Below, one piece after another: positions 40,426-49,633 of a stretch of 64,000 nucleotides of DNA (the first letter of the stretch is position 1; each line of letters begins with the position of its first letter). The notes under the pieces were generated by a model. That model saw only the letters and a list, made by a program, of their open reading frames with translations, did no database searches and was not told the origin of the DNA. The position numbers were made by a program, and so were the translations under genes. Origin of the DNA: an uncultured Chromatiales bacterium (GTDB lineage Bacteria > Pseudomonadota > Gammaproteobacteria > CBFCYW01); contig CBFCYW010000006.1 in the NCBI GenBank assembly GCA_965602395.1, positions 5,171 through 69,170 of the forward strand, in the 5' to 3' direction.

Positions 40426-41267
40426 AGCTCGATCACTCCCTCGAAAACGCTTTCGGTCGGCCCGCTCATCAGCACCGGCGCGATCCCGCTCGCAGCGCAC
40501 TCGCCGGCCCAGCGCAGATCCAGTTCACCGCCCGGCAGCTGCACCCGCACCGCCTCGTCGAGCAGGCCGCGCAGGCGGCCGGCGACCACCGCCGCGCAGG
40601 CGCCGGTGCCGCAGGCCTGGGTTTCGCCGACGCCGCGCTCGTAGACGCGCAGGCGGATCGCGTCGCGCGCCAGCACCTGCATAAAGCCGACGTTGGCCCG
40701 CGCCGGAAAGCGCGGGTGGGATTCGATCGCCGCGCCGAGCCGCTGTACCGGTGCACTGTCGACGTCATCGACGCAGAGCACGGCGTGCGGGTTGCCCATC
40801 GACACCGCGCCGATGCTGTATTCGCGGCCGTCGACCTCAAGTGCGTAGCTGGCGGCGCGCTGCGCGGCTGTGAAGGGGATGTCGCGCGGCTCCAGGCGCG
40901 GTGCGCCCATGTCGACACGGACCCGCCCGCCGCTCTCGATGCGCAGCAGAATCTTCCCGGCGGCGGTGTTGACCGGAATTTCGCGCTTGTCGCTGAGGCC
41001 GCGCTGGCGCACGAAGCGGGCGAAGCAGCGCGCGCCGTTGCCGCACTGTTCGACCTCGCCGCCGTCGGCGTTGAAGATGCGGTAGTCGAAGTCGGCGCCG
41101 GCCGCTGAGGGCGGCTCGACCACCAGCAGCTGGTCGCAGCCGATGCCGCGGCGGCGATCGGCGATGCGGCGGATCTGCGCCGCGTTCAGCGCAAATGGCT
41201 GGCGCGTGGCATCGATTACGACGAAGTCGTTGCCGAGGCCGTTCATCTTGGTGAATTCGAGTCGCAT
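40422..41267 (-). CDS. dapF: diaminopimelate epimerase
   Basis: [30 protein letters not shown]. Confidence 0.97.
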   Translation of the reverse strand: MRLEFTKMNGLGNDFVVIDATRQPFALNAAQIRRIADRRRGIGCDQLLVVEPPSAAGADFDYRIFNADGGEVEQCGNGARCFARFVRQRGLSDKREIPVNTAAGKILLRIESGGRVRVDMGAPRLEPRDIPFTAAQRAASYALEVDGREYSIGAVSMGNPHAVLCVDDVDSAPVQRLGAAIESHPRFPARANVGFMQVLARDAIRLRVYERGVGETQACGTGACAAVVAGRLRGLLDEAVRVQLPGGELDLRWAGECAASGIAPVLMSGPTESVFEGVIEL

Positions 41268-41330
41268 CAGCGGCTTCCGGGCGCGGATCTGGTTATCGTG
41301 GGGCGATTCTAACAGCCTGCGGCGCGGCGC

Positions 41331-42578
41331 TCAGTCGGGCAGGCGCGATTCGCCGGCGAGCAGCTGCTGGCGGGTTTCGCGGGCGCGCACCAGGTGGCTG
41401 CGATCGCCGTCGACCAGCACTTCGGCGGCGCGCGCGCGGCTGTTGTAGTTGGAGCTCATGCCGAAGGCGTAGGCACCGGCCGAGCGCACCGCCAGCAGAT
41501 CGCCCTCGGCCAGCACCAGCTCGCGCTGCTTGCCGAGAAAGTCGCTGGATTCGCACACCGGGCCGACCACATCGTAGACGCGCGCGGCACCGGCGCGCGG
41601 GCGCACCGCGACGATCTCCTGCCAGGCGCCGTACAGCGCCGGGCGGATCAGGTCGTTCATCGCCGCATCGACGACGGCGAAGTCGCGATCCTCACCGTGC
41701 TTGAGGTATTCGACCCGCGACAGCAGCAGCCCGGCGTTGCCGACGATGCTGCGCCCCGGCTCGACCAGCAGCTGCAGTGGCCGCGCGCCGATGCGCTCGA
41801 AAACCTGCCGCGCCCAGGCGTCGAGGTCGATCGGCGACTCGTCGCGATAGCGGATGCCCTGGCCGCCGCCCAGGTCGAGGTGGCGGATGGCAATGCCCTC
41901 GGCGGCGAGCCGGTCGATCAGCGCCAACAGGCGATCGAGGGCGTCGATGTAGGGTTCGATCTCGGTGAGCTGCGAGCCGATGTGGCAGTCGACGCCGTGC
42001 GCGGCCACGTGCTTGAGCTCGGCGGCGCGGCGGTAGACCGCCAACGCGCGCTCGATGGGGATGCCGAACTTGTTCTCCTTCAGACCGGTGGAGATGTAGG
42101 GGTGGGTGCGGGCGTCGACGTCCGGGTTGATGCGCAGCGACACCGGCGCGACCACGCCCAGCTCGCCAGCCACCGCATCGAGACGCTCCAGCTCGGCCTC
42201 GGATTCGACGTTGAAGCAGCGGATGCCGGCTTCGAGTGCTTCGCGCATTTCCGCGGCGGTCTTGCCGACGCCGGAAAAAACCACTTTCGCCGGGTCGCCG
42301 CCGGCGGCCAGCACGCGCGCCAGCTCGCCGCCGGAGACGATGTCAAAGCCGGCACCCAGGCGCGCCAGCAGATCCAGCACGGCGAGGTTGGAGTTGGCTT
42401 TCACGGCGTAGCAGATCAGATGCTGGCGGCCGCTGAGAGCCTGCGCGTAAGCGGCGTAGGCGGCCTCGATGGCGGCCCGCGAGTAAACGTACAGCGGCGT
42501 GCCGTAACGCTCGGCGAGCGCCGCGCAGGGCAGCGCCTCGGCGTGCAGTTCGCCGCCGCGGTAGTCGAAGGAATTCAT
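41331..42578 (-). CDS. lysA: diaminopimelate decarboxylase
   Basis: [32 protein letters not shown]. Confidence 0.97.
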   Translation of the reverse strand: MNSFDYRGGELHAEALPCAALAERYGTPLYVYSRAAIEAAYAAYAQALSGRQHLICYAVKANSNLAVLDLLARLGAGFDIVSGGELARVLAAGGDPAKVVFSGVGKTAAEMREALEAGIRCFNVESEAELERLDAVAGELGVVAPVSLRINPDVDARTHPYISTGLKENKFGIPIERALAVYRRAAELKHVAAHGVDCHIGSQLTEIEPYIDALDRLLALIDRLAAEGIAIRHLDLGGGQGIRYRDESPIDLDAWARQVFERIGARPLQLLVEPGRSIVGNAGLLLSRVEYLKHGEDRDFAVVDAAMNDLIRPALYGAWQEIVAVRPRAGAARVYDVVGPVCESSDFLGKQRELVLAEGDLLAVRSAGAYAFGMSSNYNSRARAAEVLVDGDRSHLVRARETRQQLLAGESRLPD

Positions 42579-42718
42579 GATTTTTTTTCCGGCTCTCGCT
42601 CGCCGTCGCGGCTTTCGACGGGGGCATCCTGCGGCAGGTAGAGCGGTCCCTTCTTGCCACAGCCGGCCAGCCCGCCGGCGACGGCGAACAGGGTGAGGGC
42701 GATGACGATTGCGCGCAC
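42575..42718 (-). CDS. lptM: small lipoprotein LptM (YifL/LppL), 47 aa, absent from the ORF track
   Basis: Hand-translated (V)RAIVIALTLFAVAGGLAGCGKKGPLYLPQD...EKKS*; GGAGG RBS; ATGA overlap with lysA. Confidence 0.9.
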   Translation of the reverse strand: MRAIVIALTLFAVAGGLAGCGKKGPLYLPQDAPVESRDGEREPEKKS

Positions 42719-42771
42719 GGCCGTAGCCTCCGCGTGAAAAAACGGCGCAGTATAGCCTGTTGTGCGGCGCG

Positions 42772-43482
42772 CTACTTGAGGCTTTCGGAGAGTTTGGCGT
42801 CGAGTGCTTCGGCGATAATCGTCCGTAGCTCGCCGGGATCGAGCTTGTCCAGCGTCTCGGGGGGAACCTTCGGCGCCAGCGCCCCTTTCAGCGCGTCGAT
42901 GGTCCAGGCCGGTACCGGGGGGGGCGAGGCAAGCTTGAGGATCACCTGCTCCTGAATCGGCCTGGCATCATCCGCCAGATCGTCCTCTTTCAGGCGCAGC
43001 AGCGGAACCTTGGCACGCGTGAAGGCGTAATCGAGCCAATCCACCCAGGGTTCCTCGTTATTCTTTGGGCAAATGATGCCGCAGATCGGCGAGAAGGCGC
43101 CTTCCTCCTTACCGCTCTTGTTGATGGTCTGCTTGTGGTAGATGACGAAGTCGATCTCCTTCCTCATCCGCTCGTGATTCCAGACCCGAACCTTGGCGAA
43201 GTGCTGCGGCTCCAGCACCTTTTTTACCCGCACCTTGGAGACGACTTCGAAATGCGGGCCGTTGAACTTGCGCAAAGCATGCAGAACCTTGCGTTCCTCA
43301 TCGCCTTCCAGCACCCCCTCAGGCATGGGTTTGTAGGTCTGCTTGCGCTTGCGATTGACGCCCTCGACCTTCTCTCCGACCTTGAACACACCCATCGCCA
43401 GCAGCCACAGCAGCGTGGCACTGAGCACGAGTAGCGCGAAGAAGATGGCGATCTGTCCGAGCAGCGGCAGGCCGGCAATCAT
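42772..43482 (-). CDS. membrane-anchored DUF2726-like protein, divergent
   Basis: N-terminal TM; EERKVLHAL, SKVRV, IDFVI, AKVPLLRL pattern; Lys-rich. Confidence 0.6.
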   Translation of the reverse strand: MIAGLPLLGQIAIFFALLVLSATLLWLLAMGVFKVGEKVEGVNRKRKQTYKPMPEGVLEGDEERKVLHALRKFNGPHFEVVSKVRVKKVLEPQHFAKVRVWNHERMRKEIDFVIYHKQTINKSGKEEGAFSPICGIICPKNNEEPWVDWLDYAFTRAKVPLLRLKEDDLADDARPIQEQVILKLASPPPVPAWTIDALKGALAPKVPPETLDKLDPGELRTIIAEALDAKLSESLK

Positions 43483-43648
43483 GTGAGCCACCACGTGGAG
43501 ACGATGTAGCGATCGGGAAATGCGCGAATCACAGTGCGTTCGCTCCCTAAGCTTGTCTGCGCGACAGACTACTGCTGCAACGGCGTCAATTCAGTGACGA
43601 TGTAACAATATTGGGGAAAACGCAAAGTTTTGTAAATCGCGCCGACGC

Positions 43649-44227
43649 TCACTCCTCCGGCAGCGGCACGCGCCGCCCCGGCAACACGCGGTGGCGCGCC
43701 TCGAACGTCTCCAGAGCGCTGTGATCGATCTCCAGATAGGCATCGCTGCTCGGCCCATCGGCGCGGTAGTCGACGCCCTCGAACTTGACGATGCCGCTGT
43801 TGTCCTGGCGCCAGTCGCGGCCGTAGAGGCGGTACTCGCCGACCACCTGCCCGCCGGGAAAATAGGCGCCGAACTCCAGCGTCGAGCCGGCGCTGTCATC
43901 GAAGCTCAGCAGTATCGAGTGCTCGGTTGCACCGACCGCCACGCCCGGTGTGCCGGCGTGGATCACCACTTCATCGGTGCGCCGGCCGCTGACCACTTTC
44001 AGGGTGCCACGAACCACGTCGTGGCTGCCGCTGGGTACATCGCGGTGCAGGGTGATGGTCTGCGAGGTGTAGTACTGCAGCTGCTGCAGATCGGCGCGAC
44101 TCAGCCCCTGCTCGCGGCGCAGCTCGTGGGTAAAGGGGATGCGCGGCGCGCAGCCGGTGGCCAACAGCAGGGCGCACAGGGCGAGCAACGAGGCGGCGGA
44201 CAGCGGGGTCAGGCGGCGCTGGAACAT
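43649..44227 (-). CDS. hypothetical lipoprotein
   Basis: Lipobox LATGC after a basic/hydrophobic signal. Confidence 0.78.
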   Translation of the reverse strand: MFQRRLTPLSAASLLALCALLLATGCAPRIPFTHELRREQGLSRADLQQLQYYTSQTITLHRDVPSGSHDVVRGTLKVVSGRRTDEVVIHAGTPGVAVGATEHSILLSFDDSAGSTLEFGAYFPGGQVVGEYRLYGRDWRQDNSGIVKFEGVDYRADGPSSDAYLEIDHSALETFEARHRVLPGRRVPLPEE

Positions 44228-44387
44228 GGTGATTGGGGCTGTGCTTGCGGCTGGAATGAGTTGGGCGCAAAGCATAGCGGGGCAGCGCGAGAGCTACCAG
44301 CCTTGGCCGCCGGCAGCAAAAAGTGGCAACGGCAACACGCTCGGGGTGCGGCCGCAGAGCGACTACCGGCATGGGCCGGCAAGAGGT

Positions 44388-44414
44388 GCGGCACCGGCAT
44401 GGCGCCGGTGCCGC
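44388..44414 (-). terminator. 11-bp perfect hairpin just after the RRM gene stop
   Basis: GCGGCACCGGC-5 nt-GCCGGTGCCGC; no good downstream U-tract, so terminator function is uncertain. Confidence 0.5.
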
Positions 44415-44420
44415 TAAAAA

Positions 44421-44696
44421 TCAGAAGCGGCGAGGGCCGCCGCGCGGGCGATCTTCGCGCGGACGCGCCTCGTTGACACGCAGATTGCGACCGCCGAGAT
44501 CGGTGCCTTCGAGGGCCTCGATCGCAGCCTGACCCTGGCCGCCATCGGACATTTCGACAAAGCCGAAACCCTTCGAGCGACCGGTGTCGCGGTCCATGAT
44601 GATCTTGGCACTGGAGACGTCACCGTAGGCGCTGAACAGGCCGTGCAGATCGTCTTCGGTGGTGTTGTAGGGCAGGTTCCCAACGTAAATATTCAT
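44421..44696 (-). CDS. single-RRM RNA-binding protein with Arg/Gly-rich tail
   Basis: RNP2 IYVGNL, RNP1 KGFGFVEM, LRVNEARPR. Confidence 0.95.
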   Translation of the reverse strand: MNIYVGNLPYNTTEDDLHGLFSAYGDVSSAKIIMDRDTGRSKGFGFVEMSDGGQGQAAIEALEGTDLGGRNLRVNEARPREDRPRGGPRRF

Positions 44697-44818
44697 CACT
44701 AAATTCACTCATCACCGTGCCTTGTAGATATTGAGGACACGGCCGCGGAACCAAAGCACGGAATTCCGCGGCTGCGCACGGCCCGACCGGGCCGCTGGCG
44801 GGAGTCGTTCCGCCTGGC

Positions 44819-45003
44819 AGCCGACACACGGGGTATCTGCCGATCCGTTCGCCGTCTTCGCCTGGCCAGCGGGCGGTGACCACTCCGGGCACAGCGGACG
44901 CGCGTCGATTGGGGACGTGGTGCGGTACGGCGGGAGGGGGCGACCGATGGGGGGAGAAGCGGCGTGCGGAGCTGGGTGGATACCCTGAGAGCGACTGTCG
45001 GCT
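44819..45003. other. long irregular inverted repeat (candidate structured leader or ncRNA)
   Basis: Nested in-register stems AGCCGACA/TGTCGGCT, GGGTATC/GATACCC, TCCG/CGGA, CGCCG/CGGCG, CTTC/GAAG. Confidence 0.55.
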
Positions 45004-45006
45004 CAG

Positions 45007-45035
45007 ATCATCGCCCGCACGGCGCGTCGGTGCAA
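45007..45035 (-). promoter_or_regulatory. putative sigma70 promoter reading into the hairpin and RRM gene
   Basis: TTGCAC-17 nt-GATGAT on the minus strand. Confidence 0.4.
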
Positions 45036-45113
45036 GCGAAATCTACCCTGGCCGCCGGTCCGACGGCGCCGCGCGCGCCGCCATCTCCGCCACCGGCGGA
45101 CGCCCTAACGGGT

Positions 45114-46946
45114 TCAATCGCCGCGCTTATGGCCGGGCTTGCCGCCGTGCCCCGACTTGAACGGCTTGCCCTTGCGCGGCCGCTCGGCGGAAAAATCACC
45201 GCCAGCGGAGGGGCCGCGCTTGTGCTGGCCGTCGCGTTGGCCATGGCCGTATCCACCACTCGGGCCGCCACCCGGGCCGCGATCCGGGCGCAACTGCAGC
45301 TTGCGACCGCAGACCCAGACCCCCTGCAGAATGCGAAACGCCTCGTCGGGCAGGCGCTGCGGCAGCTCGACCAGACTGAACTCATCGAACAGGCGGATGC
45401 GACCGATGCTGTCGCGCGCCAGTCCCGACTCATTGGCGATGGCGCCGACCAGATTGCGCGGCTCAACGCCATGGGCGCGGCCCACCTCGACGCGGTAGGG
45501 AACCAGCCCCGGGGTCGGCTCGCGGCGTTTGAAATCGCCCTTGCCGCGGCCATCGGGCCGCTCGCCAGCTGCGCGTGGATCACGTCGGTCGTGCCGCTCG
45601 CGCTGTTCGCGCCGAGGCGGGTCCTTGGGCAGCTGTAGCGGCAGATCGCGCTGCGCCATCCACGCCAGCGCGGCGGCCACATCGACCATCTCCACCTCGT
45701 GTTCGCGCTGGAACTGTTCGACCACGGACTGGAAGAAATCCAGCGGCTGAGCATCCAGCGCGGCTTCGATCTCAGCCTTGAACTGGATTACGCGACGCTC
45801 GGAGAGGTCGGCGTTGCTGGGCATCTCCATGGGCTCGATCCGCTGGCGCGTGGCGCGCTCGATGGCGCGCAGCAGGTAGCGCTCGCGACGCGCCACGAAC
45901 AGGATCGCGTTGCCCTCGCGACCGGCGCGGCCGGTGCGGCCGATGCGGTGTACGTAAGCCTCGGTATCCAGCGGGATGTCGTAGTTGACCACGTGACTGA
46001 TGCGCGGCACGTCGAGGCCGCGAGCGGCGACATCGGTGGCGACGATGATATCCAGCTTGCCGTTCTTCAGCCGCTCGACGGTCGCCTCGCGCTGCTGCTG
46101 CTGCATGTCGCCGTTCAGCGCGGCGCTGGCAAAGCCACGCGCGGCGAGCTTTTCCGCCAGTTCGGTGGTCATCGTGCGGGTGCGCACGAAAACCAGCATC
46201 GCGTCGAAGTCCTCGACCTCCAGCAGGCGCGTCAGGGCATCGTTTTTGTGCAGCCCTTCGACCAGCCAGTAGCGCTGGCGGATGGTATCCACCGTGGTGG
46301 TCTTCGCAGCGATCTCGACCAGCGCCGGATCGCGCAGGTAACGCCGCGTGATGGCCTGGATCTGCGCCGGCATGGTGGCCGAGAAGAGCGCTGTCTGGTG
46401 GCCCTGTGGACACTGTTCGAGGATCCATTCGACATCTTCGATGAAACCCATGCGCAGCATCTCATCGGCCTCATCGAGCACCACCGCGCGCAGCTGATCG
46501 AGTTTGAGGCTGCCGCGGCGCAGGTGATCCATGACCCGCCCCGGGGTGCCGACGATGACCTGTGCGCCGCGGCGCAGCTGCTTGAGCTGCACGCCCATGC
46601 TCTGCCCGCCGTAGATCGGCAGGACGTGGAAGCCGGGCAGGTCGTGGGCGTACTTCTGAAACGCCTCGGCCACCTGGATCGCCAGCTCACGGGTCGGCGC
46701 CAGCACCAGCAGCTGGGGGGCGTCGAGCGAGGTATCGATGCGCGCCAGCAGCGGCAGGGCGAAGGCCGCGGTCTTGCCGGTGCCGGTCTGCGCCTGACCG
46801 AGTAGATCGCGCCCCTCCAGCAGCAGCGGGATGCTCTTGGCCTGGATCGGCGAGGGCGTCTCGTAGCCGACCGCGCTGACCGCGGCGAGCAGGCTCGGCG
46901 GCAGCCCCAGTTCGGCGAAGGACGCGGGGGAATCGTTGCTGGACAT
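45114..46946 (-). CDS. deaD: DEAD-box RNA helicase DeaD/CsdA
   Basis: AQTGTGKT, PTRELA, DEAD, SAT, HRIGRTGR, DbpA-type C-terminal domain (GAIANE). Confidence 0.93.
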   Translation of the reverse strand: MSSNDSPASFAELGLPPSLLAAVSAVGYETPSPIQAKSIPLLLEGRDLLGQAQTGTGKTAAFALPLLARIDTSLDAPQLLVLAPTRELAIQVAEAFQKYAHDLPGFHVLPIYGGQSMGVQLKQLRRGAQVIVGTPGRVMDHLRRGSLKLDQLRAVVLDEADEMLRMGFIEDVEWILEQCPQGHQTALFSATMPAQIQAITRRYLRDPALVEIAAKTTTVDTIRQRYWLVEGLHKNDALTRLLEVEDFDAMLVFVRTRTMTTELAEKLAARGFASAALNGDMQQQQREATVERLKNGKLDIIVATDVAARGLDVPRISHVVNYDIPLDTEAYVHRIGRTGRAGREGNAILFVARRERYLLRAIERATRQRIEPMEMPSNADLSERRVIQFKAEIEAALDAQPLDFFQSVVEQFQREHEVEMVDVAAALAWMAQRDLPLQLPKDPPRREQRERHDRRDPRAAGERPDGRGKGDFKRREPTPGLVPYRVEVGRAHGVEPRNLVGAIANESGLARDSIGRIRLFDEFSLVELPQRLPDEAFRILQGVWVCGRKLQLRPDRGPGGGPSGGYGHGQRDGQHKRGPSAGGDFSAERPRKGKPFKSGHGGKPGHKRGD

Positions 46947-47033
46947 GATGCTCGTACCGGGCGCGATGGCGCTGTGGGGAAGGTGGCGACAGCGGCGCCG
47001 CTGTGGCCGCTCGCAGAATCGAAAAGGCCGGGC

Positions 47034-47039
47034 ATTATA
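47034..47039 (-). promoter_or_regulatory. -10 element upstream of deaD
   Basis: Perfect TATAAT about 90 nt upstream of the start; no clear -35. Confidence 0.4.
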
Positions 47040-47143
47040 CGCCATTGATCTGGAAAGTGTGCGCCATGCAACCGCCGACGGCTTGACCGCCACAGGCTGC
47101 CGACACAGCATCGAGACATTCGCCAAATCGTTGAGATAAAAGC

Positions 47144-49171
47144 ATGCAATCGCCTCGCAAGACCGCCACAGCCGAAGCCGACCCGATCCGTCGTACCGCC
47201 AACCTGGCCGTCACCCTATTGACCGCTGCCCTGCTGGCCGCCTGCGGCAGCAGCGGCAGCGCTTCCGATGACTCTGGCGGCGGCGGCGGTAGCGGCGACA
47301 GTAGCGGCGACAGTGGCGGCGACGGCGGTGGCGACGGCGGTGGCGACGACAGTGGCGGCGACGGTGGCGGCGACGGTGGCGGCGACGGTGGTGGCGACGA
47401 CAGTGGCGACAGTGGCGACAGTGGCGATAACAGTGGCGACGGCGATGACGGCGAGCCACCAGTCGAAGAAGAGACGGTCTTCACGCCGCGAGCCGACGAC
47501 CTGATCCTGCCCACAGACTGGTACGCCGGCCAGACGCTGGATGTGGTCCGCGTCGATCTGCGCACCGCCGCCGGCAGCAGTGGCATCTGCCAGGCCGACG
47601 ACCCGGCCACGCCCGATGTCGACGAACAGGACTACAGCGGCTGCACGCTGGATGACCTGCGCGGCGACGTCATCAACAACGACGCCTTCGATCCGGAAGT
47701 GCCGGTACACTTCAGCCAATCGCCGGATTTCCCCGACGACGGCAGCGTGAGCAACGCCGAGCTGGAAATCCGCGGTGCAACATCGCGCTTCGCGGTGCAG
47801 AAATCCTGGCGGATCAAGCTCGACAGCAAAGACGTACTATGGCGCGACGAACGCCGCCTGCAGCTCAACAAACACCCCTGGGAGCTGGCCCGGGTGCGCA
47901 ACAAGCTGAGCTTCGATCTGTTCGCCGAGATCCCCCATCTGCCCAGCCTGCGCGCCCAGTTCGTGCAGCTCTATCTCGACGACGGCGCCGGCCCCGAGGA
48001 CTACGGCCTGTTCACCCACGTTGAGCACACCGGCAAGGAATACCTCGTCAACCGCGGCTGGGACAAGGACTCCCCGCTGTACAAGGCATCGAGATTCACC
48101 TTCCGCGAGCGCGCCGCATTTGCGCTCGACGGCAACGGCGAACCGCTCGACCCGAACGCCTTTGAAAGACGCGTGGAAATCAAGCGCGGCGACGATCACA
48201 GCGCTTTCGTCGCCATGCTCGCCGCGGTCAACGATTTCGACAACGACTTCGAAAGCGACGTCATGGGGCGATTCTTCAACCGCAACAACTACCTGACCTG
48301 GCTGGCGGTGAATATTCTCAGCGGCAACTGGGATACGCAGAGCCAGAATTTCTACCTCTACAACCCGCTGGGTACCGAGCGCTTCTACTTTACACCCTGG
48401 GATTACGACGGCGCCTGGGGCTGGGATCGACAGCCCGATCAGATCGCCGCGGACAAGCCCGAGCGGCGCTGGTCGCGCGGCATCAGCAACTGGTGGGATG
48501 GCAAACTGCACAAGCGCTATCTATCGCAGCCGGGGGCGCTGGAGGAACTCAACGCCGCGGTGGAGGAGCTCTACCAGCGCTACTTCCAGCCCGCCGACAT
48601 CGCCGCGCGGCTGGCGACGTACAAGGAACACATCCGCCCGCTGGTCACCGGCCTGCCGGACTACCCCCATCTGCCGCTGCCCGGCACGCCGCCGCAGACT
48701 GAAGTCGAACAGGCCTGGAGCGCGGACTACGACGCCATCGCCGGGCAGGCCGAGCGCAACTATCAGGATTTCCTCACCCTGCAGGAAAGCCCGATGCCCT
48801 TCTGGATCAGCGGGCCGCAGATCGACGGCGCGACCACCACGCTGAGCTGGGGGCCGTCGCACGATCTGCAGGGCGACGCGCTGCACTACGCGCTGTACCT
48901 GGCCAGCGACCCGGCGCTGCTGCCACTAACCCCCAACGACGCCGTCGACCCGGCGGTGACGCATCTGGCCGGCATCGCCGCAGCGCCCGGCGAGTACCCC
49001 AGCCAGGCCATCGAGACCCCGGCCAGCGGTGAGTGGTACATGAAGGTCTTTGTTATCGACGCCAGCAACCCGGCGGAGCACTGGCAGATCGCCTTCGACA
49101 GCTTGCACCACCCCATCTCGGACGACGAAGTCGAGATCTACCACGGCGTGCGCTGGTTCGAGGTGCCCTGA
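47144..49171 (+). CDS. CotH-kinase family lipoprotein
   Basis: Lipobox LLAAC; IRGATSR, KSWRIKL, RNKLSFDLF, YGLFTHVE, NWDTQSQNFYLY, PWDYD. Confidence 0.85.
   Translation: MQSPRKTATAEADPIRRTANLAVTLLTAALLAACGSSGSASDDSGGGGGSGDSSGDSGGDGGGDGGGDDSGGDGGGDGGGDGGGDDSGDSGDSGDNSGDGDDGEPPVEEETVFTPRADDLILPTDWYAGQTLDVVRVDLRTAAGSSGICQADDPATPDVDEQDYSGCTLDDLRGDVINNDAFDPEVPVHFSQSPDFPDDGSVSNAELEIRGATSRFAVQKSWRIKLDSKDVLWRDERRLQLNKHPWELARVRNKLSFDLFAEIPHLPSLRAQFVQLYLDDGAGPEDYGLFTHVEHTGKEYLVNRGWDKDSPLYKASRFTFRERAAFALDGNGEPLDPNAFERRVEIKRGDDHSAFVAMLAAVNDFDNDFESDVMGRFFNRNNYLTWLAVNILSGNWDTQSQNFYLYNPLGTERFYFTPWDYDGAWGWDRQPDQIAADKPERRWSRGISNWWDGKLHKRYLSQPGALEELNAAVEELYQRYFQPADIAARLATYKEHIRPLVTGLPDYPHLPLPGTPPQTEVEQAWSADYDAIAGQAERNYQDFLTLQESPMPFWISGPQIDGATTTLSWGPSHDLQGDALHYALYLASDPALLPLTPNDAVDPAVTHLAGIAAAPGEYPSQAIETPASGEWYMKVFVIDASNPAEHWQIAFDSLHHPISDDEVEIYHGVRWFEVP
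47276..47452 (+). repeat. Gly/Asp/Ser low-complexity tandem repeat (GGDG/SGDS linker)
   Basis: Repeated GGCGAC(A/G)GTGGC-like 9-15 nt units. Confidence 0.85.
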
Positions 49172-49184
49172 ATCCGGCCGGCAC

Positions 49185-49577
49185 TCAGTCGATCTCGGCG
49201 AGCAGCTCCATGCGCTCGACGTCGGCGAGGGTGATGCGCCGCCCGTCGGCGGTGACGAAGGTGCGCCCGTCGAGCTGGTTTGCAAAGGCCTGATATTCGA
49301 TCACCGTGCCGGTGGAGCTGTTCACCACCCGCAACGTCACCAGCCGCTGCGCCTCGCTCCAGCGCAGGTAGAAGAAGATCCCGCCGAGGCCCAGCAGGGC
49401 CAGCAGCACGATGGCGGTGAGCCTGTGGTTGGCGGCCGCGGGCTTGCGCGCGGCAGCGCCGCTGGTGCCAGCGCCGGACGGGCCGGCGGGTGAATCATCC
49501 TCGGCGGCGTCGCGGGCGCGCAGGTACAGCGCCACGGCGACGATCACACCGACGGTGAGCAGAATCTTGGTGAACAT
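49185..49577 (-). CDS. hypothetical two-TM membrane protein
   Basis: Two hydrophobic segments plus a small beta-rich C-terminus (FVTADGRRITLADVERME). Confidence 0.75.
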   Translation of the reverse strand: MFTKILLTVGVIVAVALYLRARDAAEDDSPAGPSGAGTSGAAARKPAAANHRLTAIVLLALLGLGGIFFYLRWSEAQRLVTLRVVNSSTGTVIEYQAFANQLDGRTFVTADGRRITLADVERMELLAEID

Positions 49578-49633
49578 GCGGCGGACACTACCACAGCCGG
49601 GGCACGCCGCGGCCGGCGACAGCCCACTGGCGA

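Noticed and set aside
44819-45003. 6S RNA or SRP RNA
   Set aside because: Length is similar to 6S, but the conserved 6S and SRP sequence motifs and the usual zapA/ygfA context are absent
47276-47452. CRISPR-like repeat array
   Set aside because: Short in-frame low-complexity units without unique spacers; no cas genes
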